Positions 40,971 to 64,000 of a stretch of 64,000 nucleotides of DNA are shown here, in pieces. Both the position numbers and the translations under genes were made by a program. Position 1 is the first letter of the stretch. The number at the start of each line of letters is the position of its first letter. The notes below the pieces were generated by a model. That model saw only the letters and a program-made list of their open reading frames with translations, did not search any database and was not told the DNA's origin. The stretch is from Macrostomum lignano (lineage: Eukaryota). Location of the stretch: contig NIVC01000172.1 of the NCBI GenBank assembly GCA_002269645.1, positions 210,558 through 274,557 of the forward strand. Reading direction: 5' to 3'.

Positions 40971-43900
40971 ATGCCAGTAGATTGCGGATCCAAGCTGCAG
41001 AGTTTCGGCAGCAAGTTGTTGCGAAAGAAGAGCCTGGCAGAGGCCAGATCGTTGGAGACGCCGCTAGATCGGTGCCTGACTGTGTGGCACCTGCTGTTTT
41101 ATGCTATCGCTCACATGGCCGGAGCTGGAGTGTACGTGCTCACCGGAGCAGTGGTCAAGAGCAACGCCGGTAAGCGCGCGTTCACACATTATTGCACCGA
41201 AGCCCGGAAACGCCACGTCCGTTTCTGTTGGTGCGGTCAGCAGGACTTAACCAAACCATAGGACCCATTTTACACTCTGCTATGCAAAGTCTGTCCAGCC
41301 AAGAACGGCCAAGAACAACTCTTTGTATATATGAAAGCTGTACATTAGCAAAAGTTGAATTACCACTGACATACACAGCAGCTCAGATTCACGCCCGCGG
41401 AGGGCCAACCCTCTATAGGGCACGGAGAGCTGTACATGCCTAACGATGAGAAGTCAGGGCTGCTGTACAACCCTGTGCTAGCATGTTCCTGTTTACGTTT
41501 CCGTGTGAGCCTAATAGACGCGGGGACTAAATAGTTACCATAGGGGAGTCCTTGGTTTGAAATATGATTTAAAAAATCGTCACTCCTCAGGTCCTGGCGC
41601 ATTCGTCAGCTACTTGATCTGCGGAGTGGCCTCTCTGTTCACCGGACTCTGCTACGTTGAGTTTGCCACCCTGGTGCCGAAGGCTGGCAGCTGCTACACC
41701 TACACCTACCTGATGCTTGGCGAACTGCCGGCCTTCGTTGTTGGCTGGACAATGCTGTCTGATTACATCATCGGCATGGCCTCAGTTGCTAAGGCATTCA
41801 GCGGCACGGTTGACGCGCTTTGCAACCACACTGTGAGCGGCTTCTTCAAGCAGCACATGGGAACTTTTCATCACGGACCGTCTCAGGTGAGTTCCGATTG
41901 GGATGTGGCAAATGGAGATTTGCGTTTAGATTAGGGGTGAGAGAGATGAAAGAGAAGAGATGAGAGAGAAGATGAAAGAAGAGATGAGAAAGGCGATCGA
42001 AACGTGTGAAGAGAGGCTCGAGAGAAGAGAGGAGAGAAGGTATGAGAGAGCTGAGAGATTGCCGAGCTCTGTGCCAGGGTTGGCACATTTTTTCACCTCA
42101 AGTGTCGGTTAGAGAACCAAGCGCATGACTGCGGGCCAGCGGAGGGGAGAGAGGAGAGAGAAGAGAGAGAAAGGAGAGAGGAGAGAGAGAAAGGAGAGAG
42201 GAGAGAGAGGAGGGGAGAGAGGAGAGAGAAGGGAGAAGAGAGGAGAGAGAAGAAAGAAGAGAGGAGAGAGAAGAGAGAAGAGAGAAGAGAGAAGAGAGGA
42301 GAGAGAAGAGAGAAGAGAGGAGAGAGAAGAGAGGAGAGAGGAGAGAGAGGAGGGGAGAGAGGAGAGAGAAGAGAGGAGAGAGAAGAGAGAAGAGAGGAGA
42401 GAGAGGAGGGGAGAGAGGGGAGAAGGCAGAGAAGAGAGAAGAGAGAGGAAAGCGGATAAAAAAGAGAGATAGCGAGGTGAGAGAAGGTACAAGAGAGCTG
42501 AGAAGGGACACGAATCTTGCGCAGGCCGCATTGCTATTGTGAAGTTTCAAAGGACCCGATGGCCGGAAAGAGATGCTTTATGAGCCACAATGTAGCCCGA
42601 GGGACTGTGTATGCCGACCCCTGGTGTAGGCCAAACACTCCAAAGAGTTTTTTTATAAACATAATTTATATTCTTATTTCTTTTTAACGTAGGTGAACTG
42701 CAGCTCCAAGCCCCCTTCTGAGTCATACAGATGATGTGCAGAATACTAGGGGAGGGGCAGCCTAATGCGTTCACTCTCTCCAGAGCCAGGACAAGTCTGT
42801 TTAGTTACTGCATGCTCTGCTTGCTCTGCTTTGTCAACTACTCTAGTTGCGGTCCCTCACTGCGAAGATTCAATTTATGCTTGTGAAATTGTTAATAAAA
42901 CAATTGAAGCATTGCTTTCATCATCACCTTGAGTGGACAGAGTTCGAATCGAAAACAACTAGCATCAAGACCCAGATCGATGAGCGTGTGTGTTAAAATG
43001 GGTATGCAAGCTTTTATAACTCAAGGACCAGGTAAAGAACCTTGCTAATGGCTGCAGACCGGATGAAAGGAGAGGAGGGAGAATAGAGGAGAGAAAGAAG
43101 AGAAAATAGGAGACGAGAGAAGAGAGGAGATAAGAAAAACGAGCCAAAGGAGAGAGAGGATCGAGAGAAGGTATAAGAGAGCTGAGAAGAGACCTTGAGC
43201 GGGCCGGATTGCCATGGTGAAGTTTCAAAGGGTTTGCCGACCCCTGCCCTAACCTTAGAGAACGCAAACCATAACCCAAACTAAAAACTAGCAATAGCAT
43301 AAATTGTCGCAGGTAAAATAACGGGCAGCCAATTTGCCGCACTTCCTCATTTTTGACCCCGACAGATTTTCGACGACACCTGGGACATGGTGGCCGTCGC
43401 CCTAATCCTGAGCCTCATGCTGCTCGTCGTCGCCGGAGCGAATTTCTCCCTGTCGGTGAACATCGGCCTGAGCGTCCTTCAGCTGCTGTGCCTTGCTACC
43501 GTGGCTGTGGCCGCCTTCGTGTACGGCAGCGCCGCCAACTGGACGGCGGGCGGCGGCTTCTTCCCATACGGCATCTCCGGCGTTGTCCAAGGCGCCACGG
43601 TGGCCATTTTTGCCTACTCGGGCTTCGAGAGCGTCAGCAACGCGGCTGAAGAGTGCCGGAATCCCAGGCGCGACCTGCCGATAGCCCTGCTCAGCAGCCT
43701 GGGCATCATCGCCGTGCTGTACGTGGCCGCCTGCTTGGGCATCTCCTACCTGGAGCCCTACTACGAGCTCGACGTCAACTCGCCATTTGTCTCGGCGTTC
43801 AGTCGCCGCGGCGCCTACTGGGCGGAGGGCTTCGCAGCGGCTGGCACCCTGCTGGCCACCGGTGCCACCAAGCTGGCCACCATGTACGTGATACCTCGCA

Positions 43901-46256
43901 TGGCCTACGCTCTGGCTAGCGACGGCGTCATCTTGAAGTGCTTCGCCAACGTCAACGAGCGAGTTCGAGTGCCGCTGCCCGGCCTTTTCTGTGGCACCGC
44001 CCTGGCCGCAGTGTTGGCCATGTTCTTCAAGCTGGAGTTCCTCGCTGACATGGTCAGCATGGGGATTCTGCTGTCCTACTTTGCTGTCGGCTTGGACCTG
44101 TTCGTGCTGCGGTACCTGCACTTCGCTTCCGGCGACAAGGTGGGTTTAGCTCAAAGCAACTCAAATTTAGACTATTTGTTACTTGAGTTCAGCTGCTTCT
44201 TGGTAGGCTACATTAAATGTTCTAGAAAAAAATTCAACCTGAATCACTGTCGATAAACTCAGCTCAACTCAAGATATTGTCGATCTGTCGATCGATAAGG
44301 CCAACTGTAAGACGTTCTGTCAGTCGATTTGCATACTCAACTCAGGACTTCTCTATCCATCGATAGACTCAACTCAGGACTTCTCTATCCATCGATTGAC
44401 TTAACTCAGGACTTTCTCTATCCATCGATTGACTTAACTCAGGACTTTCTCTATCCATCGAGAGACTCAACTCAGGACTTCTCTATCCATCGATAGACTC
44501 AACTCAAGACTTTCTTTACCATCGATAGACTCAACTCAGGACTTTCTCTATCCATCGATAGACTCAACTCAGGACTTTCTCTATCCATCGATAGACTCAA
44601 CTCAGGACTTTCTCTATCCATCGATTGACTCAACTCAGGACTTTCTCTATCCACCGAGAGACTCAACTCAGGACTTTCTCTATCCATCGAGAGACTCAAC
44701 TCAGGACTTTCTCTATCCATCGATAGACTCAACTCAGGACTTTCTCTATCCATCGATTGACTCAACTCAGGACTTTCTCTATCCACCGAGAGACTCAACT
44801 CAGGACTTTCTCTATCCATCGATAGACTCAACTCAGGACTTTCTCTATCCATCGAGAGACTCAACTCAGGACTTTCTCTATCCATCGATAGACTCAACTC
44901 AGGACTTTCTCTATTCATCGATAGACTCAACTCAGGACTTTCTCTATCCACCGAGAGACTCAACTCAGGACTTTCTCTATCCATCGATAGACTCAACTCA
45001 GGACTTACTCTATCCACCGAGAGACTCAACTCAGGACTTTCTCTATCCATCGATAGACTCAACTCAGGACTTTCTCTATCCATCGATTGACTCAACTCAG
45101 GACTTTCTCTATCCATAGACCAATATGCCAGATCTTAACTGCTCATCTATACTTCCAGTCCGAGGTGCCGCTGCGAGACTGGGCCTCGGACCGCCTGTCC
45201 AGCAGTCTCCCCTGGCTCGGCACCCTGCCAGGCCTGAAGCGTCTGCTGGGAGGCTTCGTGGTCGCCTGCTTCCTCTGCGGCGGGGCCGTGGACTACGCCG
45301 TACCCCAGCTGACCTGGTGGTCCTGGCTTCTTGGCTGCATCACCCTGGCGGCAGTCCTGGTCACCGGCGGTCTTCTGTGCGCCTATCAGCCGCACGAAGT
45401 TGCCGAGATGTACGAATCTCCGCTGATGCCCTTGTCGCCACTGACCACAATCTTCATCAATGCGGTGATGATAGTGAAAATGCAGTTCTACACCTGGCTG
45501 AGGTTTCTACTGTGGATTGGAGTCGGTTAGTGCGAATCTAGTTAATGTTTTTCAGTCACTGGTGTGGTTCAATTCCCTCCGCGGCCACACGCGGCTTCTT
45601 CAAGTGAATGGATAATTAGGGCCAGCCTCTCAAGACACAGATAGTGCGCATGCCCGATGGTGCTGCTGGGCAGCTGTACACCCTCGTGAGCGTTTGCCTG
45701 ACTGCATGCTTGCCTCCTTGATTGTCGCGTTGGGGTCGGCTTATTGATTTAATTGCAGTGCCCAAAAAGATCGCTCTGAATAATCAATGGACTTCAGAAG
45801 TTTCATAATCTTTCGATTAATATTTTATAGCACTTACAAGTTAAGTAGAGTTGGCCGCGGTTAGCAAGCATCTTAAACGTGGCAAATTGAGTTGTAGCTC
45901 CATTTCACCCTACTGTGATATGGTCGAAGCTCTGAGGCTGCGTTAGAAATTGTCTATCTCTGACCATATGCAGCCGGTAAATTTCATTTCCGTTTTAAAA
46001 TGTACTTTTTTCTGGAATTTTGCAAGCACCATGTTAATCGGAATTCTCCGAACTCACCCCAGGCCTCATCCTGTATTTCTCCTACGGCATCCGGCATAGC
46101 ACAGCTCTGGAGGGAGGGGACGCGGGCGCAGGAGCCGGTGGCGAATACGTCAGTCTTGATGATACAAAGCCGGAAAAAAATAACGACAACAACGATGGAA
46201 AAGATGGTGCCAATTTAAATGAAGAGAAACGACCGGTTCTCTCGGGGTCTTCTTGA
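40971..46256 (+). CDS. Cationic amino acid transporter, SLC7A1-4/CAT family (5 exons, ~609 aa)
   Basis: Exons 40971-41169, 41591-41886, 43366-44139, 45159-45525, 46063-46256, all phase-compatible GT-AG. Motifs GAGVYVLTG, AGP, CYVEFATLVPKAGSCYTY, FFPYGISGV, FAYSGFE, AEECRNPRRDLP, PRMAYALASDG, GLILYFSYGIRHS. Confidence 0.92.
42135..42500. repeat. GA-rich low-complexity tract (transporter intron 2)
   Basis: gagaggagagaa-type units. Confidence 0.85.
42850..42883 (+). other. Degenerate spliced-leader (SL) exon-like motif
   Basis: cggtccctcactgcgaagattcaatttatgcttg closely resembles the Macrostomum SL as I recall it (...CGGTCTCTTACTGCGAAGACTCAATTTATTGCATG). Not database-checked. Confidence 0.5.
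44335..45117. repeat. 33-bp minisatellite (transporter intron 3)
   Basis: Unit atcgatagactcaactcaggactttctctatcc. Confidence 0.95.
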
Positions 46257-46806
46257 CGATACAAATTGATGTGATATCTCAGAATGTTATCCAAATAAAA
46301 TCAATTTATTTTTAGATGTGTTACCCAAAAGCTTGCAATTCGTAGAAAAAGTACGTACCTCAATTGTTATTTGTTTTACCGATTGGAAAATTTTCAATTC
46401 TGGATCTTCATGAGAAATTTTCGAATTTCCATTTTTTGTGATTCTAATAATCTACGTTACTACACATAATCACGCATAATCAAGGTTTATTGGTCATACG
46501 AGCTGTAGAATAGTTAACTAATAAACATCATATCATATACTCTCTCTTCTAGTCAAATGTACTCTTTACGGAAAACCTATAAATATTTAAATACTCATTT
46601 TATCATTCTTACATATTATATGATTTATTATATTTCCCTGTACTCATTTTATTTTATTATATTTATGCTTTAGTTCTCAGCTTAGCACTTTTAGTCATGT
46701 ATTTAAACAAATGTAATTAAATTGACCGTAAAATGTCATTATCTAAAGAAAATAAATATTTACAAAAATAACTGACTAACATGGATGCATTCGTTTTTAT
46801 ATAAAC

Positions 46807-47492
46807 ACAAGCTGTTGAAACCCGCGGATTTTGAACCCGGGGAATTCCAATACCCGGAACTACTTTTGCATGTATTCTGAAATCTAAGGCCATACACAAA
46901 CAAAAACTTGTTAATAGTTAGTAGGATAGAGGTAGACATAAAATGGAGCACATTCGTGTAAAATTAGGGTTTGAGACATTGTTGGCTGGGGTACTGCGCA
47001 GAATGTCAGGCAATGTCTGTCTGACTCTAAAACATATATTGCTAAACTCTGGTCTCTCCCTGACTCTCCCTACGTCCCTTGGATCCTTTAAAATTTCTAT
47101 CGTCTCTTTGTTTCCTCTCATCTTTCTCGTCCCTCGTCTCTCCTCTCTGAGGCTCTCTCCTCTCTCCTCTCTCCCCTCTTCTCTCGTATCTTCCCTCATC
47201 TCTCTTCTCTTTCATCTCTCTTATCTCATCTCTTGTCTCTTCTTTTCTCTCTCCTCTCCTCTCTCCTCTCCTCTCTCCCCCTCTCCTCTCTCCTCTCACC
47301 CCCTCTTCTCTCTTATCTTCCTTCTCCTTTCTATTCTTTTCTCTCTTCTCTTAACTCTCTCCTCTACTCTCTCATCTCTCCCCTCTTCTCTCGTCTCTTC
47401 CCACACCTCTTTTCTCTCTCGTCTTTGCTCTCTCATCTTTCCTTTCTCTTCTTTTATCTTTTCTCTCTTATCTCTTCTCATTTCTCTCTGCT

Positions 47493-47564
<72 letters not shown>

Positions 47565-49537
47565 GTTATCTCTCCTCCTCTCTCTACTCTCTCCCCTCTC
47601 CATTCTCCTATTTCCTCTCCTCTCTCCTCACTCACTTCTCTACTTTTGTCTCTCCTCTCTCCTCTCTCCTCTCGTCTCTGTAACCTCTCCTCTGTTCTCT
47701 CTACTCTCCCATCTTTTATCTGTTCACTCTCGTCTCTGCTCTCTCATCCCCCTCTTTAATCTGGCATCTCTGTCTTATATGTTCTCTCACCTCTCTCCTC
47801 TGTACTCTTTTTCTTTCCCCTCTTTTGACTCCTCACTTTCCTTTCTCCTTTCTTCTTTTCTCTTCTCTTCCCTTTTCTATACTCTGTCTCCCTCTCTTCT
47901 CTCACTCCACTCTCCTCTATCCGTTATCTCTCATCTCTCATCTCTCCTTCCACCTCTCATCTCTACAACCTTAGAGATGTAGAGATGTATCTTTATCTCT
48001 TCTCTCTTCCCTGTACTCTCTCATCTCTTCTTTCACCTGTTTCCTCTCTGCTCTCCTCTCTGCTGTCTCCTCTCTTCTCTCATCTGCAGCTCTCTGCTCT
48101 CTCATCTCTACTCTCTACTCTCGCTTTTCCTCTCTCCCCTCTTCTCTCCCTCTCTCTCATCGTCATCACCCCCTCATCTCTCCTATTATCTTTTATCTTT
48201 TCTTTTATCCCCTCTTTCGCTTCTCTTCTCTTCGAATCGTCTATTCCTTCTTCTTTCCACTCTCATCTGCCCCTCAGCCATGAGCTGGATTCTTTATCTG
48301 GCCTTTGAGGTAAAAGTCTGCCCATCCCTGCTTGGAAAGCCAGTTTGTGAGACGTAGTACTCTCATGGTTGTTATCATGCTTTGATCACGTCAGTCATTT
48401 TTCTTGCAAATTTGCAGCCCTGAAAGGAATTTGGGTATCTTCAGCTCCACTGCAGTCTGCATCAGTCTAACAACCAAGGAAATACGCATTTCTTAGAAGG
48501 CCATTTAAAATTTACACGGTACCTTTAAACGAAACCTAAAATTTCCATGGTGTGCCTAATTTAGTAGGATTGTATGTATTTCATTGCATCGCATCGCCTT
48601 TTCATAAATCTTTCGCTTTTACAAACCATGCTGGTTAGTGGATTCCCTCGATTTGCCAATTGCCAATTGCCATCCACTGTTAAACTGCTGCAGAGTTTGC
48701 CAATACAGAGAGGAGGGCAGTGGTTAGAATTTCTCACTAAACTGTCATGGCTAAACGTAGCCTCTCCACTCTGGGGGTGCAGAGAAGGCTATTAAAAAGT
48801 TATTCCAAAACACTGTACATTCGCTATGTACATTCAGTCCTATTGCCTGACCCTTCGTCTGGCTCTGGGGGAATGAGTGAGTGAGTGGCACAAACAACAG
48901 AAAAAGCAGACAAACTTCACATGCTTACAGTTTCTTTTTCTGTTGAGTTACAGAGTTGAAACTTTACATTTAGATAGAGAATACATTTAGATAGAGAATG
49001 AGTCAATGAAGAATTGTGTCAAGTTTGAAGTCAATCGCTTTACGTGGAGAAAACTTATGGCAGCTGAAAGTTAGTCAATTTTGAAACCCTTTTACACATC
49101 TGGGCCCAGATCGGGAAAGAGAGGCAGGCGGGCGGAGGTTGGGGTGGTTGCTACGCTGAAAAAAACAGCCTAACTTTAAAAGTACACAGCGGCTTTCAGG
49201 ATTAACTTTGAGGTTTAAAATTTTACACGATTGTGTCAAAATAGTTGAAAATTGCCTGTGTCAAATTTGAAGAGAATCGGTAGAAGTGGAGCGGCGCTAT
49301 GGAGGATTAAGTGAAAAAATCGCGCATTTTGAGCAGTTTTTTGTACTTTTAGGTAGGAAGACTTGAGTCTAGGAAATTAAAAGGTAGCCTAAGACATTCT
49401 CCGTAGTGAGTTTAGGGTGGGTGTAAAGTTTGGTGTAATTTGGTTGAGTGGTTTGGGAGTCCATAGCGATCAAAATTGTCCACACACAGACAGACAGACA
49501 GACAGACAGACAGAGTTTTGATTTTTATAGTTAGAGA
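46807..49537 (+). mobile_element. Non-autonomous Helitron-like dispersed repeat, copy 2
   Basis: Colinear diverged copy of 23821-26695 in the same orientation. Confidence 0.55.
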
Positions 49538-50077
49538 AAATGAATAAACTTCGATAGGTTATAATTAGCATAAAGCATGGAATTTAAAACAAAAATAAAA
49601 ATACATGGTTTTTATTTATTTAATTTTTTAGTGCATTAGTAATACTAGTACTGAAATGGAGTTCTTAACCAGTACGTAAAAGATCATACAGATTGAATAA
49701 GAGTAAAATAATGGATTGCTAATCTCACCCTTAAGTAGGATAACAAAGCGTAGGCTGTATATGCTTTTAGTGGTCTCTACACAAAACGGATTGCTAGTCT
49801 GGCTTACTTGGATAATTTAGCCAATTAACTTTATTGTGAGCGATATTTCTCTGTAACACGCGGTAAGGACATCTGATATGTAATTACAGCCACAATTGAC
49901 AGTTACAAATCAGATTTAAAACAATTTTTGAGTAAAATTATGCAATGGTCCGGATTGTCTGGCTAATTGAAAATGCACATCAAGCGAGATTCGATTTTAA
50001 ACAGGATGCGAACAAAAATTAATCGTTTTTACCGGAAAAAAAGTACTTATACCAGATGCAGCAGCATGCAGATTACT

Positions 50078-61084
<11,007 letters not shown>

Positions 61085-61119
61085 CTGCAGAGTTTAAGCA
61101 TTTTTTACTTTGCTGATGT

Positions 61120-62775
61120 ATCTGTCCAATGTTCTATCAGTCTGTCCAGTGTTCTATCAGTCTGTCCAGTGTTCTATCAGTCTGTCCAGTGTTCTATCAG
61201 ACTGTCCAGTGTTCTATCAGTCTGTCCAGTGTTCTATCAGTCTGTCCAGTGTTCTATCAGTCTGTCCAGTGTTCTATCAGACTGTCCAGTGTTCTATCAG
61301 TCTGTCCAGTGTTCTATCAGTCTGTCCAGTGTTCTATCAGTCTGTCCAGTGTTTTATCAGTCTGTCCTGTGTTCTATCAGTCTGTCCAGTGTTCTATCAG
61401 ACTGTCCAGTGTTCTATCAGTCTGTCCAGTGTTCTATCAGACTGTCCAGTGTTCTATCAGTCTGTCCAGTGTTCTATCAGTCTGTCCAGTGTTCTATCAG
61501 TCTGTCCAGTGTTCTATCAGTCTGTCCAGTGTTCTATCAGTCTGTCCAGTGTTTTATCAGTCTGTCCAGTGTTCTATCAGTCTGTCCAGTGTTCTATCAG
61601 TCTGTCCAGTGTTCTATCAGTCTGTCCAGTGTTCTATCAGTCTGTCCAGTGTTCTATCAGACTGTCCAGTGTTCTATCAGTCTGTCCAGTGTTCTATCAG
61701 ACTGTCCAGTGTTCTATCAGTCTGTCCAGTGTTCTATCAGTCTGTCCAGTGTTCTATCAGTCTGTCCAGTGTTCTATCAGTCTGGTCCAGTGTTCTATCA
61801 GTCTGTCCAGTGTTCTATCAGTCTGTCCAGTGTTCTATCAGTCTGTCCAGTGTTCTATCAGTCTGTCCAGTGTTCTATCAGTCTGTCCAGTGTTCTATCA
61901 GTCTGTCCAGTGTTCTATCAGACTGTCCAGTGTTCTATCAGTCTGTCCAGTGTTCTATCAGTCTGTCCAGTGTTCTATCAGACTGTCCAGTGTTCTATCA
62001 GTCTGTCCAGTGTTCTATCAGTCTGTCCAGTGTTCTATCAGACTGTCCAGTGTTCTATCAGTCTGTCCAGTGTTCTATCAGACTGTCCAGTGTTCTATCA
62101 GTCTGGTCCAGTGTTCTATCAGTCTGTCCAGTGTTCTATCAGTCTGTCCAGTGTTCTATCAGTCTGTCCAGTGTTCTATCAGTCTGTCCAGTGTTTTATC
62201 AGTCTGTCCTGTGTTCTATCAGTCTGTCCAGTGTTCTATCAGACTGTCCAGTGTTCTATCAGTCTGTCCAGTGTTCTATCAGACTGTCCAGTGTTCTATC
62301 AGTCTGTCCAGTGTTCTATCAGTCTGTCCAGTGTTCTATCAGTCTGTCCAGTGTTCTATCAGACTGTCCAGTGTTCTATCAGTCTGTCCAGTGTTCTATC
62401 AGTCTGTCCAGTGTTCTATCAGTCTGTCCAGTGTTCTATCAATCTGCCCAGTGTTCTATCAGTCTGTCCAGTGTTCTATCAGACTGTCCAGTGTTCTATC
62501 AGTCTGTCCAGTGTTCTATCAGACTGTCCAGTGTTCTATCAGTCTGTCCAGTGTTCTATCAGTCTGTCCAGTGTTCTATCAGTCTGTCCAGTGTTCTATC
62601 AGACTGTCCAGTGTTCTATCAGTCTGTCCAGTGTTCTATCAGTCTGTCCAGTGTTCTATCAGTCTGTCCAGTGTTCTATCAATCTGCCCAGTGTTCTATC
62701 AGTCTGTCCAGTGTTCTATCAGTCTGTCCAGTGTTCTATCAGTCTGTCCAGTGTTTTATCAGTCTGTCCAGTGTT
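61120..62775. repeat. 20-bp satellite array
   Basis: Unit gttctatcagtctgtccagt. Confidence 0.97.
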
Positions 62776-63189
62776 CCAGAAAGGAATTCTGAGCTCAGTT
62801 TCATTCCTATCCAAGCCACTATTTATTTATTTATTTATAACTAAATCTGAAGTCCGCACTCGCAGCAACCCGTTTCTTCTCTTTCATTTTAAAGCAGAGA
62901 AAAGTGAAAGTAAGTTTAAGAGCACTTCATCTCATACAGGCCGCTAGAGAGCCACACAGAGCGTGAAATTGCATTGCCAATAATAATATATGCGGTCTTG
63001 TGCTGCTGTTTTATCTTAGTGAACCTTCCGCAAGGGCAAGCAATGTGGGCAGAGACGAGAAAGTGCAGTATAACAAGAGTAGGCAATCGTTTTAGTAGTA
63101 AATGTGCTAATTTGTATTGAAATTCGTTGTCCTTGATCTAACAAGAAACTCTGCTGCGAGTCAAAGAAAGAAAACTGCACATCTGATGG

Positions 63190-63800
63190 AGGGGAGAGGG
63201 AGAGGAGAGACTGGAGAAAGGGGGAAAGGGGGAGAGAGGGGAGAGAGGGAGAGGAGAGGGTGAGAGGGAGAGGAGAGGGAGAGAGGGAGAGAGGGAGAGA
63301 GGGAGAGGAGAGGGAGAGAGGGAGATGAGAAGGAGAGAGGGAGAGAGGGGAGAGAGGGAGAGGAGAGGGAGAGAGGGAGAGGAGAGAGAGAGAGGGAGAG
63401 AGGGAGAGAGAGGGAGAAGAGAGGGAGAGAGGGAGAGAGGGGAGAGAGGGAGAGGAGAGGGAGAGAGGGAGAGAGGGGAGAGAGGGAGAGGAGAGGAAGA
63501 GAGGGAGAGAGGGGAGAGAGGGAGAGGAGAGGGAGAGAGGGAGAGAGGGGAGAGAGGGAGAGAGGGGAGAGAGGGAGAGAGGGAGAGAGGGGAGAGAGGG
63601 AGAGAGGAGAGAGGGGAGAGAGGAAAAAGAAGGGAGAGGGAGGAGAGGGAGAGAGGGAGAGAGGGGAGAGAGGGAGAGGAGAGGGAGAGAGGGAGAGAGG
63701 GGAGAGAGGAAAAAGAAGGGAGAGGGAGGAGAGGGAGAGGAGAGAGGACGGAGACAGGGAATAGAAGGGAGAGGGGAGAGGAGAGGGGAGGGGTGGGAGA
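63190..63800. repeat. GA-rich low-complexity tract
   Basis: gagagagggagagg-type units. Confidence 0.9.
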
Positions 63801-64000
63801 GAGTGGAATAAAGGTTACAGAGAAGAGTAGGGGAAGCAGAGATCCAATTAACCTGAGAAACAGTTTTATTTAGCAAAGAAGTCAGAACAGACAGCTATAT
63901 TAAGCACATCATCAGCTGGTGCATTTTCATAAGCTTATTTAGTTCTTACAAAAAAGCAACAAGAGCCTTAGGTCCCCTAGATAAATATTTAGCAAAAACT

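Noticed and set aside
62830-63180. 5' exons (start and transmembrane anchor) of the POMGNT1-like gene
   Set aside because: Candidate short frames exist (e.g. MKEKKRVAA) but none gives a convincing TM segment with compatible splice phase.

Overview
Eukaryotic (metazoan) genomic DNA with spliced genes whose introns are largely filled by micro- and minisatellites. The style, plus a degenerate spliced-leader-like motif, suggests a flatworm such as Macrostomum (inference). The main feature is a minus-strand gene (35979->9203) that I assembled by hand into 19 phase-compatible exons, about 2,821 aa. It joins, in order: a RIG-I C-terminal-domain-like Zn module, a Dicer/RIG-I-type DExD/H helicase, a eukaryotic RNA-dependent RNA polymerase (DLDGD intact), a Cid1/TUTase-type terminal nucleotidyltransferase, and a KH-like plus unassigned C-terminal region. 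This resembles an RDRC-like small-RNA amplification complex in one polypeptide. Other genes: an intronless PAN/C-type lectin, a frameshifted class A peptide GPCR, a 5-exon SLC7/CAT amino-acid transporter, and a POMGNT1-like GT13 glycosyltransferase with altered catalytic residues. Mobile elements: a young Ty3/Gypsy LTR element in intron 2 of the fusion gene, a 5'-truncated RNase H-bearing LINE with a 165-bp target-site duplication, two copies of a ~2.8-kb Helitron-like repeat, and a small SINE-like family. All exon models were built by eye and need RNA-seq confirmation.
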